Shown here piece after piece: positions 10,271-21,447 of a stretch of 64,000 nucleotides of DNA. The position numbers and the translations under genes are program-made. The DNA is from Geopsychrobacteraceae bacterium (GTDB lineage: Bacteria > Desulfobacterota > Desulfuromonadia > Desulfuromonadales > Geopsychrobacteraceae): the NCBI GenBank assembly GCA_963662315.1, contig OY759353.1:3968001-4032000 (forward strand), written 5' to 3'. The notes below the pieces were generated by a model. That model did no database searches and was not told the origin of the DNA. It saw only the letters and a list, made by a program, of their open reading frames with translations. Numbering within the stretch: position 1 is the first letter of the stretch; every line of letters starts with the position of its first letter.

Positions 10271-10531
10271 CTAGCTGCGTACTCGACCGCCATAGGTGCG
10301 CACCAGCCTTTGAAGTTCTTCAATTGAAAGGATCTGCTTATTCCAATGAAGCATTGAGTGACAGTTGGGGCACCCTGGATGCAGATCTTCCTCGGAGTTG
10401 ATTTCGTATTCTCTACCTATTTCGGACAATGGTTTCAAGTGATGAACATGTCTATACCCCTTGCCTTGTTTGAGAAATAGTTTTTCCCTAAAACCTTTTG
10501 AAAGGCAGGTAGTTACATATATTGTGGCCAT
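10271..10531 (-). pseudogene. HNH (McrA-like) endonuclease C-terminal remnant
   Basis: HVHHLKPLSEIG...EDL..GCPNCHSMLH; N-terminal part missing. The stop is followed by a decayed attC-like start (AGCTAGC-AAGGCCGTAAACTGG). Confidence 0.75.
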
Positions 10532-10659
10532 CTTGATCTGAAATTTCAGGAAGTTTTGTTAAACGATGGACACCTAATATATTCATCGCCAATTTTCCGG
10601 TGTAATGAAAAATGCTTTTACCTGTTTTTTAAGTATACAACATTTCGATATTCTATGTG

Positions 10660-10864
10660 GCACAACGTGAGGGTCACCTGATGAACATTGCGCAGCTATT
10701 TTATCAGGTGTATTCGTTTGTATACATTCGGCACAGGCGTCTCGGCAAGGAGAGGTCTGGGAGAAGGCCGAGTGCAAAGCTGTGAGTCGACGAACAGAAA
10801 CAGTGGGCATCCGGGCAAGTGGAATTCCGTCGCTGGCGGAGCCCCCAGGCTACCTGATTATGGC
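10660..10864 (-). other. attC site split by a group II intron remnant
   Basis: GCACAAC-GTGAGGGTCACCTGATGAA...TTTATCAGGTGTATTCGTTTGT|(10722-10858)|TATGGC. Removing the insert restores GTTATGG. Confidence 0.7.
10722..10858 (+). mobile_element. Internally deleted group IIC intron remnant (137 nt)
   Basis: 5' part matches the 22098-22268 intron start (GAGAGGTCTGG...GAGTGCAAAGCTGTGAG.CGACGAACAGAAACAG). The 3' end CCCCCAGGCTACCTGAT matches the DVI ends at 21579 and 26158. Confidence 0.75.
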
Positions 10865-10872
10865 CTGAACTT

Positions 10873-10950
10873 TCACAGCGCAAGCAACATTGTAATCGCA
10901 GAGCCTGGGCACAGTTCAGAGAACTGCTTGGTAGCCTTTATTGCCAGGTA
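10873..10950 (-). pseudogene. C-terminal remnant of a GNAT (ArsN2-like) cassette gene
   Basis: YLAIKATKQFSELCPGSAITMLLAL* ends just before the attC R''. Confidence 0.4.
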
Positions 10951-11024
10951 CGTAAAGCCACCTGTTTAAAGATAAATATAAACTAGTAAGTGCACATATT
11001 CAAAGGAGACAGGTCATAAACGAT

Positions 11025-11135
11025 TCTAATACGATTCTGCCCATGGATGCGACAGTATCGCTGGGCGGTCTGTTGACTGCTGGCTGCAACGATTAAGCGT
11101 AGATCGAATCAATTATCGTCAGTGTGCTTGACCTT
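11025..11135. repeat. Partial copy of the ~420-bp hairpin repeat
   Basis: TTCTGCCCATGGATGCGACAG...GTCAGTGTG.TTGACCTT recurs at ~22497-22607 and ~25306-25419. Confidence 0.85.
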
Positions 11136-11454
11136 TCAGCGGTTTTGACGGGAAAGAGAGAAGTGTATTTTTTTCTTGCATTTGATATTGTTAATATGTA
11201 ACTTCTAGTGAGCTCTTGCTAATGTAATTTTATTCTTTGTCTACCTCTGGAGTTTTATCAACTACCTATAATTATTTATAAAATAGTTATACCAACATGG
11301 TTCTGCTACATGGAAATGAAGATATAGAGATTTTTAAATTAGGTTTGTGCCTGAGATCAGCAGGTTTGCAAGTTTAATTAAAATTTTTTTCTTGCGGTTT
11401 TGAAGCTGCTTTTATTTCACGCCAAATGGATCGCTTTAGGGGGGATAACCTGGC

Positions 11455-13458
11455 ATGCAGAATATTCATTCGGAAGGAAATGTCGGATCTGCTGATCCTC
11501 TTTCTTCCATCATTCACTCTTTAACCGAACTTGTCCATCGCGCCGAAGATGATTTCCTGGCGCTGGGTGGAAACCTGCAACAGGTCCAACTTCAGTCTTC
11601 CCGTCAACGTCAACAGATCGCTGAATCCCTGACCATATTTGAGAACCAGGAAAATACTGGAGCATTGCAAGCCGTTTCCGCTTTTGTTGCCGACTGTCGC
11701 CGGAATACCCGCATCGCTCAGGACAGGGCGGTTGCTCAACGCGATAATCTTGCCAGGATGATGAGCCTGGTCGAGCGTATTGCGGGGCAGGGCGATTCCC
11801 TTGACCGAGTCGGTTTGTTTCTGCATGTCATCGGCGTCAATGCCGGTATCGAGTGCGCTAGGAGTCAGCGCATGGAAGCGATGTTCAAGGTGGTATCAAA
11901 AGATACCACGGGTCTGGCCGCACAGATTCGTCAGTCGACAGCGGGCTTAATTGAGAATGCCGCAAGCGCAGGTTTGGAACAGAAGCAGACCTTGGCCAAA
12001 GCACAGAAAAATATCGAGTTTTTCAACGAACTGGGGCGGCGGTCTGAAGAAATCACTCTGACTGCGTTTGCGAAGGTCCGTGAACTCATTAACCAGTCTC
12101 TGAGCATGGCCAATCAAGCAGAGCGAGCGGCGGCCAATATTACGGCCCAGGTGAACAATGTCATTATTGGCGTGCAGTTTCATGACAACCTCAGGCAGCG
12201 GGTTGAACATATCGCAAAGGCATTACAGGAACGGCAGCCCGATTCAGGTGATTCTGCCGAAGAGCGCAGAGGGAAAGAGTACCTGCTGATCGAGTTACAG
12301 AAAGCGCAACTGGATCGACTGATCGACGACCTCGGCCAACTGTATACAACTCAAGCGCAAGCCCTGGAAACAATCATCGCGGAAATTGCTGATTTAGAGC
12401 AGGGACTGGAGCGGATGACGGAACAACAATTGGCCGAAGGGACCCAGAATGGCCCGTTAAGCGCATTGCAGCACGGGTTATCAGCCATGGCTCAGTTGAA
12501 TGAGGATAGTCGTTTGCTGGGAGAATCAATAGCACAGAGCGCCCAGCGCGCCAGCGGTATCACCGCAACGATTCAAGGTGCCATCAAAAATACGATTGCG
12601 TTGGCGACCCACGTCAAAATTAATGCCTTGAATGCCATCATCAAGGCCGCCAAGTTCGGTCGAGACGGGCTGGCGCTACAAGTTCTGGCTCAGGGGATGG
12701 TTGGCGCGGCAAAGGATGCCCACCAAGCGATCGATGCTTTTTACGACATTCTCAGTCATTTGGATTCGTTGACACAGACAACCTGGGAGGATGGCTCTGC
12801 GGTCGCCGATTCAGAGGCAGGGCAACCTCAGCAATCTTTATTAGAACAAGCTGTTCATGATTTTAACGGGCGTCTGTTTTCGGTACGGAGTGAATGCAGA
12901 CAGTTGACGGAAAAACTGCAACGCGAGTTGCATGCGCTGACTTTTATTTGCCGTTTGAAAGACATGTTTGTGGAACATGGCAATTTAATTGCCGCCCATG
13001 CCGAGGCCGTGCATCCCGGCGATAAAGAGCTGGTGGCGCGTCTGCGACAACAGTTTGGGCAGCAGCTCCAAGAGCGTTATACGATGGAGCAGGAGCGCAG
13101 CGTGCACAACGGAGTGATCAACGATGCAAGTCTGATACAGGTCGTAGCTCCTTTAAGTACGCTGCCAGCTGAAAGCCCTGCCGAGATTGATTTGTGGGGG
13201 CTTGATGATCTGAGTGCACTTGATTCGGGGTGTCAGGAGAACGAAAGTGAACCCGCAACAGAGTCCGGCCTCACCGGTTCCGTTGCCGTAGAACTGTTTT
13301 GCAGCAACGGCGAAGAATCAGACCCCGACGGATCCTGTGCAAGGTCTACTGATTCAGATAGCTTGTTTTGCCCCCGCGACAATGACGAAAAAAGCTCGGA
13401 ATTGGATGAAAATAATAATGATCTCGAAGAGTTAGGATCCAATGTCGAACTTTTTTGA
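11455..13458 (+). CDS. Cytoplasmic MCP-like chemosensory protein
   Basis: Degenerate hairpin motifs NAGIECAR and INALNAIIKAAKFG, QFHDNLRQRVEH motif, C-terminal NVELF; no TM segment seen. Confidence 0.75.
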   Translation: MQNIHSEGNVGSADPLSSIIHSLTELVHRAEDDFLALGGNLQQVQLQSSRQRQQIAESLTIFENQENTGALQAVSAFVADCRRNTRIAQDRAVAQRDNLARMMSLVERIAGQGDSLDRVGLFLHVIGVNAGIECARSQRMEAMFKVVSKDTTGLAAQIRQSTAGLIENAASAGLEQKQTLAKAQKNIEFFNELGRRSEEITLTAFAKVRELINQSLSMANQAERAAANITAQVNNVIIGVQFHDNLRQRVEHIAKALQERQPDSGDSAEERRGKEYLLIELQKAQLDRLIDDLGQLYTTQAQALETIIAEIADLEQGLERMTEQQLAEGTQNGPLSALQHGLSAMAQLNEDSRLLGESIAQSAQRASGITATIQGAIKNTIALATHVKINALNAIIKAAKFGRDGLALQVLAQGMVGAAKDAHQAIDAFYDILSHLDSLTQTTWEDGSAVADSEAGQPQQSLLEQAVHDFNGRLFSVRSECRQLTEKLQRELHALTFICRLKDMFVEHGNLIAAHAEAVHPGDKELVARLRQQFGQQLQERYTMEQERSVHNGVINDASLIQVVAPLSTLPAESPAEIDLWGLDDLSALDSGCQENESEPATESGLTGSVAVELFCSNGEESDPDGSCARSTDSDSLFCPRDNDEKSSELDENNNDLEELGSNVELF

Positions 13459-13486
13459 ACTCAGATAATAAGGAGAATAAACAATC

Positions 13487-13849
13487 ATGGCTGCAACGAT
13501 TTTAACCGTGGATGATTCAAAAAGTATCCGCCAAATGGTGTCTTTTACCCTTCAGCAGGCTGGATATCAGGTCCTTGAAGCAGGCGATGGTAAGGAAGCC
13601 ATGGCGTTGTTGAATTCGCAGGTCAAGCTGGTTTTGTCAGATTTGAATATGCCGAATATGGACGGAATCGCCCTGATAAAAGAAATCCGCAGTACGCCGG
13701 GGTTTAAATTTTTACCGGTGATCATGCTGACGACTGAAAGTCAGGATTCCAGAAAGCAGGAAGGTCGTGCTGCCGGCGCAACCGGTTGGATTGTCAAACC
13801 TTTTAACCCAGAGCAATTGCTCGCCGTGGTGAAAAAGGTTCTTGGTTAG
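13487..13849 (+). CDS. cheY: Chemotaxis response regulator
   Basis: Single receiver domain: VDD, DLNMP, LTTES, KPF. Confidence 0.93.
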   Translation: MAATILTVDDSKSIRQMVSFTLQQAGYQVLEAGDGKEAMALLNSQVKLVLSDLNMPNMDGIALIKEIRSTPGFKFLPVIMLTTESQDSRKQEGRAAGATGWIVKPFNPEQLLAVVKKVLG

Positions 13850-13886
13850 AGGCCGGCTCAGAAGGTGATGCAAAACGGAGGGTACT

Positions 13887-14231
13887 ATGCTTGCACTCAA
13901 TGAGGAAGTCGCTTCCGACGGTGCTTTGGTCGTGAGCCTGGAGGGAGACGCAACGGTGGAGAATCTCGACCGGGTTAAGCAGGTGCTGTTGGCGGCACTA
14001 CTTAACAATGATCGCGTTTTGGTGAATTGCGACCGGCTTGAAGCCATCGATATATTTTTCATCCAGCTGCTTTGTTCCGCTCATCGCACCGCAGCTGCCC
14101 GCGAAAAAGAATTCGTCCTGCTTGGTTCTCTTCCTCCCTCCCTGCGTGACACCATCAAAGTGGCCGGTTTTATTCGTCAACACAGCTGTCGCTCTGGCAG
14201 GGGCGGTAAGCGGGATTGTTTGTGGGTTTGA
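13887..14231 (+). CDS. STAS-domain protein
   Basis: LEGDATVEN...LEAIDIFFIQLLCSAHRTA; located between cheY and cheA. Confidence 0.8.
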   Translation: MLALNEEVASDGALVVSLEGDATVENLDRVKQVLLAALLNNDRVLVNCDRLEAIDIFFIQLLCSAHRTAAAREKEFVLLGSLPPSLRDTIKVAGFIRQHSCRSGRGGKRDCLWV

Positions 14232-14268
14232 TAAGCCGGACCAGCTTATTGGGTAAGGATATTTCATC

Positions 14269-16392
14269 ATGATGGACGAACAGTACAGCCAAGCGTTTAA
14301 AGAGGAAGCTGAGGAGCTTCTTGGACAACTGGAAAGTTCCCTGCTCGAACTTGAGGAGACACCGGACGACATGGAGCTGGTGGCCAAGGTCTTCCGGGCC
14401 ATGCATACCATTAAAGGCTCCGGGGCCATGTTCGGATTTGATGAAATTTCTCGTTTTACCCATGAAGTCGAAACTGTTTATGACCTGGTTCGGAACGGGA
14501 AGCTCCCGGTTTCGAAAGAGTTTATCAACCTTTCGCTAAGCGCTCGCGATCATATCTGCAGCCTGCTTGCCGATGGCGAAGGGAGGTCTGGCTCTGCCGG
14601 GAATGGAGAGACGCTGATCGCATCTTTCCAAAACCTCATCCCCGGCAAGCCTGCACCCCGTCAGGAAGCCGTTGCTGTGGCACCGGAACCGGAGGATGCA
14701 GAAGGGGTGACCTATCGTATTCGCCTGACCCTTCCAGAAAATATTATCCTCAGTGGGACGCGTCCGGACAGTTTACTGCGTGAACTCAACGACCTGGGTT
14801 CCTGTCGGGTGGTCGCTCAGGGAGATCGGATTCCGTTGCTGGATGAACTCGTTCCAGAGAGCTGCCATGTGTACTGGGATCTCATTTTGACAACGGATCG
14901 GGGCGTCAATGCCATCAAAGATGTTTTTATCTTTATTGAAGAGGATATCGATCTGAGGATCGATGAAATTGACGATGGTTTGCTGCTGGATGAGGACCCT
15001 GACTATAAACGGTTAGGTGAGATCCTGGTGGATCGTGGGGACCTGTCCCAGGACGATCTGAACGCCCTGTTGGCAGAAGCAAAACCCCTTGGACAAAAAC
15101 TCATTGATACCAGCAAGGTCCCGGTAGACAAGATCGAAGCTGCTTTGCAGGAACAGCAGCTGGTGCGGACCGCCCGTAACCGAAGGCAATCCAAGGAAGC
15201 TGAAAGCAGTGTCAGAGTGCCTGCCGAACGGCTTGATGACCTGGTCAATATGGTTGGTGAGCTGGTGACGGTTAAAGCCCGCTTGGCCCGGGCTGCTGCA
15301 CTTCTGGGGAATTCTGAGCTCACGGAAATTGCCGAAGAAGTGGAACGTTTGACCGACGAACTGCGTGACACCTCCCTGACCATGCGCATGTTACCGATTG
15401 GCGCAACATTCAGTAAGTTCAAACGCCTGGTGCGCGACCTGTCCGCTGGCTTGGGCAAGAAAGTGGAATTGAATACCGAAGGGGCGGAGACCGAGATTGA
15501 TAAAACCGTCATTGAAAAACTGAATGACCCGTTGGTGCATCTGATCAGGAACTGCCTCGATCATGGTATTGAGTCGCCTGAAGAAAGGGCTTCCGCCGGC
15601 AAGCCAAAGGTCGGGACCGTTGTCATGACGGCCGGACACGTCGGCGATTATGTTGAAATCACCATCAAAGACGACGGGAGGGGGTTGGATCGAGAGGCCA
15701 TTTTGGCCAAGGGGATCGAGCGGGGCCTGGTTGCTGCGGATGCCGAGTTAAGCGACCAACAGATCTTTGAGCTGATTTTTGCCGCCGGTTTTTCCACTGC
15801 CCGGAAAATTACGGATGTTTCCGGACGCGGGGTGGGGATGGATGTGGTCAAGCAGGCCATTGATGGGTTACGCGGGGGCATCAGCATTGCCAGCCAGCCA
15901 CAGCAAGGAACGACGATTAACATCCGGATTCCATTGACTCTGGCAATTGTCGAAAGTCTGCTGGTGCGAATCGGTGAAGAAACTTACGCCATTCCGTTGT
16001 CTATCGTTGAAGAGTGTGTCGAACTGGCCGAAGAAAAGATCGAAAAACAGGGTCGTCACCTGATCAATGTGCGGGGGAAGCTGGTTCCCTATATTCCTTT
16101 GCGAGAACAGTTTGCCACCAGCGGCCGGCCAGCGCGCTTCCAGCAAATCATTATTACCCGGCTGCAGGGCAACCGGGTCGGTTTCGTGGTCGATCAGGTT
16201 ATCGGTCAGCATCAGAGTGTCATCAAGACTCTCGGGCGCATGTATAAGGATTTGAAAGCGTTTTCCGGCGCGACCATTCTGGGAGACGGCAGCGTCGCTT
16301 TGATTCTCGATGTCAATCATCTGTTTCGGCAAGTTGAGCAGGGCCAAGGGCAGCTTGGCACCGAGGTCAAAACCGTCGCAATAGGACAATAA
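14269..16392 (+). CDS. cheA: Chemotaxis histidine kinase
   Basis: Hpt FRAMHTIKGS, HLIRNCLDHGIE, SGRGVGMDVV and C-terminal CheW domain. Confidence 0.97.
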   Translation: MMDEQYSQAFKEEAEELLGQLESSLLELEETPDDMELVAKVFRAMHTIKGSGAMFGFDEISRFTHEVETVYDLVRNGKLPVSKEFINLSLSARDHICSLLADGEGRSGSAGNGETLIASFQNLIPGKPAPRQEAVAVAPEPEDAEGVTYRIRLTLPENIILSGTRPDSLLRELNDLGSCRVVAQGDRIPLLDELVPESCHVYWDLILTTDRGVNAIKDVFIFIEEDIDLRIDEIDDGLLLDEDPDYKRLGEILVDRGDLSQDDLNALLAEAKPLGQKLIDTSKVPVDKIEAALQEQQLVRTARNRRQSKEAESSVRVPAERLDDLVNMVGELVTVKARLARAAALLGNSELTEIAEEVERLTDELRDTSLTMRMLPIGATFSKFKRLVRDLSAGLGKKVELNTEGAETEIDKTVIEKLNDPLVHLIRNCLDHGIESPEERASAGKPKVGTVVMTAGHVGDYVEITIKDDGRGLDREAILAKGIERGLVAADAELSDQQIFELIFAAGFSTARKITDVSGRGVGMDVVKQAIDGLRGGISIASQPQQGTTINIRIPLTLAIVESLLVRIGEETYAIPLSIVEECVELAEEKIEKQGRHLINVRGKLVPYIPLREQFATSGRPARFQQIIITRLQGNRVGFVVDQVIGQHQSVIKTLGRMYKDLKAFSGATILGDGSVALILDVNHLFRQVEQGQGQLGTEVKTVAIGQ

Positions 16393-16457
16393 AGGCCGAG
16401 CCAGTTGCGGCCGGTCCATAGTGAGATCTTGTACGCGAACCAGCAGGGAGTACTGCA

Positions 16458-16937
16458 ATGGAAAAAGCAAGCCTTATTGATGCCAACCAGTATCTAACCT
16501 TCAAGCTTGGAGATGAGGAATTCGGCCTGACTATCGCAAAAGTGCGAGAGGTGTTGGATTTTACCAGCCTGACCAAGGTTCCTCAAACCCCGGACTATAT
16601 GTGTGGCGTGCTCAATCTGCGTGGCAGTGTCGTCCCGGTGGTCGATCTGAAATTGAAGTTTGGTCTTCAGCAAACAGTAAGAACGGTGAATACCTGTATC
16701 ATCATTGTCGAGATCGAAATTGATGGTGAAATTACCGTGTTGGGGATTCTGGCCGATGCTGTCCATGAGGTTGTGGAAATCGCTGCCGAGCAGGTTGAGC
16801 CGGCGCCAAAAATAGGGACCCGGCTTGATACCGCTTTTATCCAGGGGATGGGGAAACTGGAGGAAGATTTTGTGGTCATTCTTGATATCGACAAAGTTTT
16901 TTCTCTGGATGAAATTGCCGGAGTCAGGTCGGTTTGA
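16458..16937 (+). CDS. cheW: Chemotaxis adaptor
   Basis: QYLTFKL...GVLNLRGSVVPVVDL. Confidence 0.96.
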   Translation: MEKASLIDANQYLTFKLGDEEFGLTIAKVREVLDFTSLTKVPQTPDYMCGVLNLRGSVVPVVDLKLKFGLQQTVRTVNTCIIIVEIEIDGEITVLGILADAVHEVVEIAAEQVEPAPKIGTRLDTAFIQGMGKLEEDFVVILDIDKVFSLDEIAGVRSV

Positions 16938-17051
16938 TTGGCCACGTAGCAGCCTTTGCCTGTGATCGGGTTTCCAGCATGATCAGGGCAGGCAGAGCAC
17001 GAATATTTAAACAGAGCAGGGTAAATTAATCGCACGCTTTGCACAAAGGAA

Positions 17052-19061
17052 ATGCATATGTTCGCAAAAATGAAGCTGGGGAAAAAAATCGGTGGTGGTT
17101 TTTTTGTAGTTCTGGTGTTGACTGGTGTCATCGCATTGACCGGGTGGTTCGGGCTGGACAATGTTGTGCAACAGCAAGAGCAAATGTCCGAAATCGATGC
17201 AATTGTTAAACAGTTTCTTACTATTCGTGAAGAAAACAAATCCTACATCATCACGGCAGATAAGCAGAATTATGAAAAGGCGGTGACTGCGGGCACAGCG
17301 CTTACCAGCCACATTCAGGAACTGCTTGGCCGTTATGAAGATCAGGGGATGCGTCAGGCACTGGAAAAAATTCAAGACGGGTTGAATCGCTATGAGAAGA
17401 GCATGAGCGAGTATGTTGCCCTGGATGACGAAAAAGCCGCTCTGTTTAAACGTTGGGGAGACCTTGGCTGGTCATTTACTGATATCCTGGCCAACCTGAC
17501 CCGGCAGGAAATCTTACCCAAGCTGCAAGAGGCTATGGCCAATAACGATCTGAAGGAATATGCACAGCTGTCGGACATCCAGGAATTTTTGAAAGAGAAT
17601 GTCAGGCAGGAATTTTTGTTGTTGCGGGTGAGTGCCGTGTATTTCATCTGGCAGGCGAATGAAGTCTCTTGGAACAAGTTTCAAAGTCAGGTGGATAAAG
17701 TTCGTTCCGGGCTTGTCAACTGGCAAAAGAGCGTGGTCGATTACCCGCAGATGGTGACGGTGGGGGCGAAGATAGCCTCCCTGATCGACGAATATCTGCA
17801 GATTGGTAACACCTATCATCAGGCTTTTCTTGATCAGAGCAAAAAGAATGACGAAATGCTGGCTGCCGCAGTCGGGGTCGGAACCCTTTCAGCTCAAGCC
17901 AGCAAGACGCAGAATGAGCATATGCAAGCCCAGGTCAACAGGTCTCAGCTGCTTATGGCCGTATGTACGGGCGTATCGATTGCCGGCGGCATTTTTATCG
18001 CTATTCTGATTACCCTTGGCGTACTTAGGCAGATCGGTTGCGATCCGCTGGTGATTGCCGAAGTCAGCCGAAAGATCAGCGACGGCGACCTCACCGTGGC
18101 GATGGATTTGCCAGTGAAAAACGAAAATAGCGTTTATGCCATATTGAAAAAAATGGTCGAGAAACTGCAAGCGGTGGTTACCGATGTGACGATGGCTGCG
18201 CACAATGTTGCTGCAGGCAGTCAGCAGTTATCGGCCAGTTCGGAAGAGATGAGTCAGGGGGCTACCGAACAGGCTGCAGCTGCGGAAGAAGCCTCCAGTT
18301 CCATGGAGCAGATGGCGGCTAATATTCGCCAGAATGCGGACAATGCCATGCAGACCGAACGAATTGCCGTCAAAAGTGCCGATGATGCCCGGACCGGAGG
18401 CGAATCCGTGGCTAAAACCGTTACGGCAATGCGCGATATTGCAGGTAAAATATCCATCATTGAAGAGATTGCCCGGCAAACCAACCTGCTGGCTTTGAAT
18501 GCGGCAATCGAAGCGGCCCGGGCCGGAGAGCATGGTAAAGGGTTTGCCGTTGTTGCTGCAGAAGTTCGGAAGCTGGCAGAGCGCAGCCAGAATGCCGCAG
18601 CTGAAATCAGCGAACTGTCGGCAAGCAGTGTCGAAGTTGCCGAGCAAGCCGGTGCCATGTTGGAAAGGATGGTGCCGGATATCCAGCGGACTGCTGAACT
18701 GGTGCAGGAAATCACAGCGGCCAGCAAGGAACAGGATACCGGTGCCGAGCAGGTCAACCGGGCGATTATTCAACTCGATCAGGTTATCCAGCAGAATGCC
18801 TCCGCTTCTGAAGAAATGGCTTCAACCGCCGAGGAATTGTCCAGTCAGGCCGAGCAACTCCAGGAAACAATCGCATTTTTCCAGATCAAATCGGAAAGTT
18901 CCATTTTGAAGTCACGGCCTCATGTGCCGCAGATTGCCAAAACCTCGGTCAAAATCGTTGAGCAGCCAGCCAAGTTGAAGAAGGTGACGGCCGCAACGCA
19001 GGGATTGAATCTGGACATGGGGGGGGAAGATCGGCTGGATGACGAATTTGAACGGTTTTAA
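17052..19061 (+). CDS. Methyl-accepting chemotaxis protein with C-terminal pentapeptide
   Basis: Two TM segments, [27 protein letters not shown], ends EFERF. Confidence 0.96.
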   Translation: MHMFAKMKLGKKIGGGFFVVLVLTGVIALTGWFGLDNVVQQQEQMSEIDAIVKQFLTIREENKSYIITADKQNYEKAVTAGTALTSHIQELLGRYEDQGMRQALEKIQDGLNRYEKSMSEYVALDDEKAALFKRWGDLGWSFTDILANLTRQEILPKLQEAMANNDLKEYAQLSDIQEFLKENVRQEFLLLRVSAVYFIWQANEVSWNKFQSQVDKVRSGLVNWQKSVVDYPQMVTVGAKIASLIDEYLQIGNTYHQAFLDQSKKNDEMLAAAVGVGTLSAQASKTQNEHMQAQVNRSQLLMAVCTGVSIAGGIFIAILITLGVLRQIGCDPLVIAEVSRKISDGDLTVAMDLPVKNENSVYAILKKMVEKLQAVVTDVTMAAHNVAAGSQQLSASSEEMSQGATEQAAAAEEASSSMEQMAANIRQNADNAMQTERIAVKSADDARTGGESVAKTVTAMRDIAGKISIIEEIARQTNLLALNAAIEAARAGEHGKGFAVVAAEVRKLAERSQNAAAEISELSASSVEVAEQAGAMLERMVPDIQRTAELVQEITAASKEQDTGAEQVNRAIIQLDQVIQQNASASEEMASTAEELSSQAEQLQETIAFFQIKSESSILKSRPHVPQIAKTSVKIVEQPAKLKKVTAATQGLNLDMGGEDRLDDEFERF

Positions 19062-19091
19062 TCTGAAGCGGCAGCAGTAGGGGGGGCAGTC

Positions 19092-19934
19092 ATGTCCGAG
19101 GTTTTGAGTCGAGATCATTTTGAACTGCTCAGCCATTTTATTTACAACGAGCTGGGAATTAAACTACCGGACAGTAAACGGACAATGCTGAGCGGGCGCT
19201 TGAAAAAGCGGTTGCGCCATCTCCACCTGAATCATTTCAAGGACTATTGCGACTATCTCTTCAGCCCGCAAGGGCGGAAAGAGGAAATGCCTCATTTTGT
19301 CAATGTGGTCACCACCAACAAAACTGATTTTTTCAGGGAGCCAGCCCATTTCGATTACCTGCTGCAAAATGTGCTACCGGCGCTGCCGAAAGACTCGGCA
19401 GCGCCACTGCAAGTCTGGAGCGCCGGCTGCTCCAGCGGCGAAGAACCCTACACCCTGGCAATGGTTCTGGCTCAGGCTTTAAGCGAAGGCTCTGGCCGAC
19501 GGTTTCGAATTCTGGCTACGGATATATCCACTCGTGTTCTTGATACGGCCAAAAAAGCGATTTATCCAGTTGAAGATATTCATCCGGTTCCGGCCGGGTA
19601 CAAAAAACAATACCTGCTGAAGAGTCGTGACAAAAGCAAGGGCCTGGTACGGATCGTGCCTGAACTGCGGAAGCTTGTTTGTTTTGCCCAGCTGAATCTT
19701 ATGGCTGAAGACTATGGCCTGGGAGTCATGCTCGATATTATTTTTTGCAGGAATGTCATCATTTACTTTGATAAAGCGACCCAGCAAAAGCTTATGGTTA
19801 AATTCTGTCGCTGCCTGAAGCCCGGAGGATATCTGTTTTTGGGTCATTCCGAATCGTTGCATGGTTACGATCTGCCGCTGGTGCCGGTTGCTCCAACGGT
19901 CTATCGCAAGATCAGCGTGGACTCTTTTCAGTGA
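19092..19934 (+). CDS. cheR: Chemotaxis methyltransferase
   Basis: TTNKTDFFRE, WSAGCSSGEEPYT and IFCRNVIIYF motifs. Confidence 0.96.
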   Translation: MSEVLSRDHFELLSHFIYNELGIKLPDSKRTMLSGRLKKRLRHLHLNHFKDYCDYLFSPQGRKEEMPHFVNVVTTNKTDFFREPAHFDYLLQNVLPALPKDSAAPLQVWSAGCSSGEEPYTLAMVLAQALSEGSGRRFRILATDISTRVLDTAKKAIYPVEDIHPVPAGYKKQYLLKSRDKSKGLVRIVPELRKLVCFAQLNLMAEDYGLGVMLDIIFCRNVIIYFDKATQQKLMVKFCRCLKPGGYLFLGHSESLHGYDLPLVPVAPTVYRKISVDSFQ

Positions 19935-20380
19935 GCGGCCGGATCAATCTCAATCCTGAAGAGATCGTGATCGCGGAAGTCCCCGCCGTGGTATCCACGG
20001 TGCTCGGGTCCTGTCTGGCGGTGGTCTTTTTTTGTTGCCGTCTGCGGATCGGGGCTATTTGCCATGCTACCTTGCCGCACGGCAGTAGCCGTTTCGACGG
20101 CAAGTACGTCAATCAGGCGATCGCCTATATGGTTCATTATTTTGAAGGGTTGAAGATTCGCCCAGCGGAATTAACGGTTAAAGTTTTCGGAGGCGCAGAG
20201 ATGTTTGGCGTTACGGATGGGGTCGGAATGAGAAATCAGCAAGCCGCCTTAGAGGCACTGAGACAGCTCGGCCTGACCCCGTCAGTGGTGGATGTCGGAG
20301 GCAACAGAGGGCGGCGATTGGTTTTTTTCTCAGAAACCGGCGACGTTTATCGTAAATGGGTGAAGAGGACAATGCGTTGA
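19931..20380 (+). CDS. cheD: Chemoreceptor glutamine deamidase
   Basis: TVLGSC...CHA.LP, KVFGGA and DVGG..GR motifs. Confidence 0.92.
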   Translation: MSGRINLNPEEIVIAEVPAVVSTVLGSCLAVVFFCCRLRIGAICHATLPHGSSRFDGKYVNQAIAYMVHYFEGLKIRPAELTVKVFGGAEMFGVTDGVGMRNQQAALEALRQLGLTPSVVDVGGNRGRRLVFFSETGDVYRKWVKRTMR

Positions 20381-21447
20381 AAGAGAAAATTAAGGTTCTG
20401 ATTGTCGATGATTCGGCCAGTGTCCGCCAGGCCATGTCCGAGATTCTGTCTGGCGATCCTGACATTGAAGTCGTAGGAACTGCGAATGATCCTTTTGCAG
20501 CTGCCAACCGCTTGAAAACCGTGATTCCTGACGTCATCACCCTTGATGTCGAGATGCCGCGCATGGATGGTCTGACTTTTTTGCAAAAGATTATGAGCCA
20601 ACATCCGATTCCGGTGGTCATGTGCTCCAGTCTGGCAGAAAGCGGCTCGGACATTGCCCTGCGGGCTCTTGAGTACGGTGCCGTCGATATTATCACCAAA
20701 CCCAAACTCGGGACCCGGCAATTTTTGGAAGAATCCCGTGTACGGATCTGTGACGCGGTCAAGGCGGCCTCCCAAGCCCGTCTCCAACCGATGATCACAC
20801 CCACTTTGAAGGTCGCTCCCAAGCTGACGGCAGATGTAGTGCTGGCCAAACAGAGCAGTATTCACCAACGGTTGATCCAAACAACAGAAAAAGTCGTTGT
20901 GGTTGGTGCGTCCACCGGCGGGACCGAAGCGCTTCGGGTTTTTCTCGAAGCCTTTCCCGCCGATGCGCCAGGAATCGTGATCGTCCAGCATATGCCGGAG
21001 CATTTTACCTCGACCTTCGCCGAACGGTTGAACGGCTTGTGCCGTCTGGCTGTCAAAGAGGCCGAACATAACGATACCGTCGTGCGTGGCAGGGCTCTTA
21101 TTGCGCCAGGAAATCGGCATCTGTTATTGAAAAGAAGCGGTACTCGTTACTATGTTGAAATCAAGGACGGCCCTCTGGTTGCGCGCCATCGTCCGTCTGT
21201 CGATGTTTTATTTCGCAGTGCGGCCCGCTACGGAGGCAAAAATTGCATTGGAATCATTATGACCGGCATGGGCGATGACGGGGCGCAGGGATTGCTTGAA
21301 ATGAAAGAAGCCGGGGCTTTCACCCTGGCTCAGGATGAAGCGACATCGGTGGTGTACGGGATGCCAAAAGAAGCAGTCGCACGAGGGGCGGTGGCCAAAA
21401 TCGTTCCTTTGCCCCACCTTGCTATGGAAGTTCTGAAATTAGATTAG
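20377..21447 (+). CDS. cheB: Chemotaxis methylesterase
   Basis: Receiver domain plus GASTGG, QHMP and TGMG.DG; likely TTG start at 20377. Confidence 0.96.
   Translation: MKEKIKVLIVDDSASVRQAMSEILSGDPDIEVVGTANDPFAAANRLKTVIPDVITLDVEMPRMDGLTFLQKIMSQHPIPVVMCSSLAESGSDIALRALEYGAVDIITKPKLGTRQFLEESRVRICDAVKAASQARLQPMITPTLKVAPKLTADVVLAKQSSIHQRLIQTTEKVVVVGASTGGTEALRVFLEAFPADAPGIVIVQHMPEHFTSTFAERLNGLCRLAVKEAEHNDTVVRGRALIAPGNRHLLLKRSGTRYYVEIKDGPLVARHRPSVDVLFRSAARYGGKNCIGIIMTGMGDDGAQGLLEMKEAGAFTLAQDEATSVVYGMPKEAVARGAVAKIVPLPHLAMEVLKLD

Noticed and set aside
15003..21120. Many antisense ORFs over cheA, mcp and cheB (similar ones over aceE and lpdA)
   Set aside because: Shadow frames of well-supported genes with no motifs of their own.
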